From: Phycisphaeraceae bacterium
GTDB taxonomy: Bacteria; Planctomycetota; Phycisphaerae; Phycisphaerales; Phycisphaeraceae
Length of the DNA: 64,000 bases
NCBI GenBank assembly: GCA_963674705.1
Contig: OY771506.1
Span: 2,528,001 to 2,592,000 of the forward strand
Reading direction: 5' to 3'
Positions 63,107 to 64,000 of this stretch are shown here, piece after piece. Every line of letters begins with the position of its first letter. Position 1 is the stretch's first letter. The translations under genes and the position numbers were made by a program. Below the pieces are notes generated by a model, which was not told where the DNA came from, did no database searches, and saw nothing but the letters and a program-made list of their open reading frames with translations.

Positions 63107-63990
63107 GTAACGCACCACACCTGCCAAGCATCACGATCATCACGCCAAGTTTCAATCAGGCAGCGTTCCTTGAACAGACGATCCAGAGCGTGCTCAGCCA
63201 GGGATACCCGGCTCTGCAGTACGGCATCATTGATGGTGGATCAACCGACGGCTCCATCGATATCATCGAACGCTACCGCAAGCAACTCGACTTTGCGGTG
63301 ATTGAAAAAGACAACGGCCAAACAGAAGCAATCAATAAGGGGCTAAAACAAGCCAAAGGCGAGATCGTTGGATGGCTATGCTCTGATGATACACTGCTGC
63401 CGGGCGCGCTGCAGACGGTTGGGACGCACTTCATGCATCAGCCTAAGGATGATTGGCTTGCCGGTGCATGCGCCATGATCGACATCGATGGTAAACAAGA
63501 GAGCGTCATCCGACCCGGCGGCGTGTTCACACTCGAAGGGATCCTCTTGCGCAGTGATGAACATCCATTTAACCTGCCTCAGCCCGGTGTGTTCTGGCGT
63601 CGAAGCCTGCATGACCAATTGGGACTTCTGGATGAGTCTCTGCATTACTGCATGGACTTCGAGTTCTGGCTGCGCCTGGTATCCGCCGGTTACCGCCCGA
63701 CATTGATCAACGATACCCTCGCCACCTACCGTCTGCATGATTCGAGTAAGAGCTGCGCCGCACCGATGGGCTTCATACGCGAACACATCGAGGTCGAAGG
63801 GGAATATGCCAAGTCGCTGCCGTTAATGCAGCGGATGCAGGTTGCCAGGCGCTTAGGTTACATGCATCGTGCGAGTGTTTTAAATGCGGCCGGCTGCAAC
63901 CCATGGAGCGAAGTCGCCCGACGGCCGTGGTGGCTCCTTTCGCAGCAGGTACGTGAAGCGCTACGCCACGGACCGCGTAAAGCGGCTTAG
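63103..63990 (+). CDS. Glycosyltransferase family 2 (WfgS-like)
   Basis: ITPSFNQ, DGGSTDGS, GQTEAINKG, WLCSDD, MDFEFWLR. Confidence 0.93.
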   Translation: MSNAPHLPSITIITPSFNQAAFLEQTIQSVLSQGYPALQYGIIDGGSTDGSIDIIERYRKQLDFAVIEKDNGQTEAINKGLKQAKGEIVGWLCSDDTLLPGALQTVGTHFMHQPKDDWLAGACAMIDIDGKQESVIRPGGVFTLEGILLRSDEHPFNLPQPGVFWRRSLHDQLGLLDESLHYCMDFEFWLRLVSAGYRPTLINDTLATYRLHDSSKSCAAPMGFIREHIEVEGEYAKSLPLMQRMQVARRLGYMHRASVLNAAGCNPWSEVARRPWWLLSQQVREALRHGPRKAA

Positions 63991-64000
63991 TCCATCGACT

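Overview
GC-rich bacterial chromosomal window, most likely a planctomycete of the Phycisphaerae (inferred from dockerin-like + PEP-CTERM tails, a PSP1 protein with an Arg-rich tail and a Lys-rich HU). About 52 CDS. Main blocks: a TetR-RND efflux module; metF, argD, HU and dnaK (dnaK has a sigma54-type promoter); a complete group 3b [NiFe]-hydrogenase operon (hypFCDE-hydBGDA-protease-hypAB) running into pyruvate:ferredoxin oxidoreductase and a DHODH-like flavoprotein; three PEP-CTERM proteins; four radical SAM enzymes; a pentaheme cytochrome c; and an ABC-transporter-dependent glycan cluster (wzm, wzt, sulfotransferase, radical SAM-pyruvyltransferase fusion, FkbM methyltransferase, five glycosyltransferases) that reaches the window end. 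The most striking signal is that 8 of the 9 soluble proteins of the glycan operon end in Ala-Ala (the ninth in Ala-Val), an ssrA/CtrA-like C-terminal degron pattern. That operon and the upstream GT39-like gene also share a sigma28(FliA)-like promoter, which suggests a transcriptionally timed and proteolytically erased glycan programme. Intergenic regions carry several REP-like and heptamer-repeat elements. No rRNA, tRNA, CRISPR array or transposase was recognised. All calls come from manual motif reading; no database searches were run.
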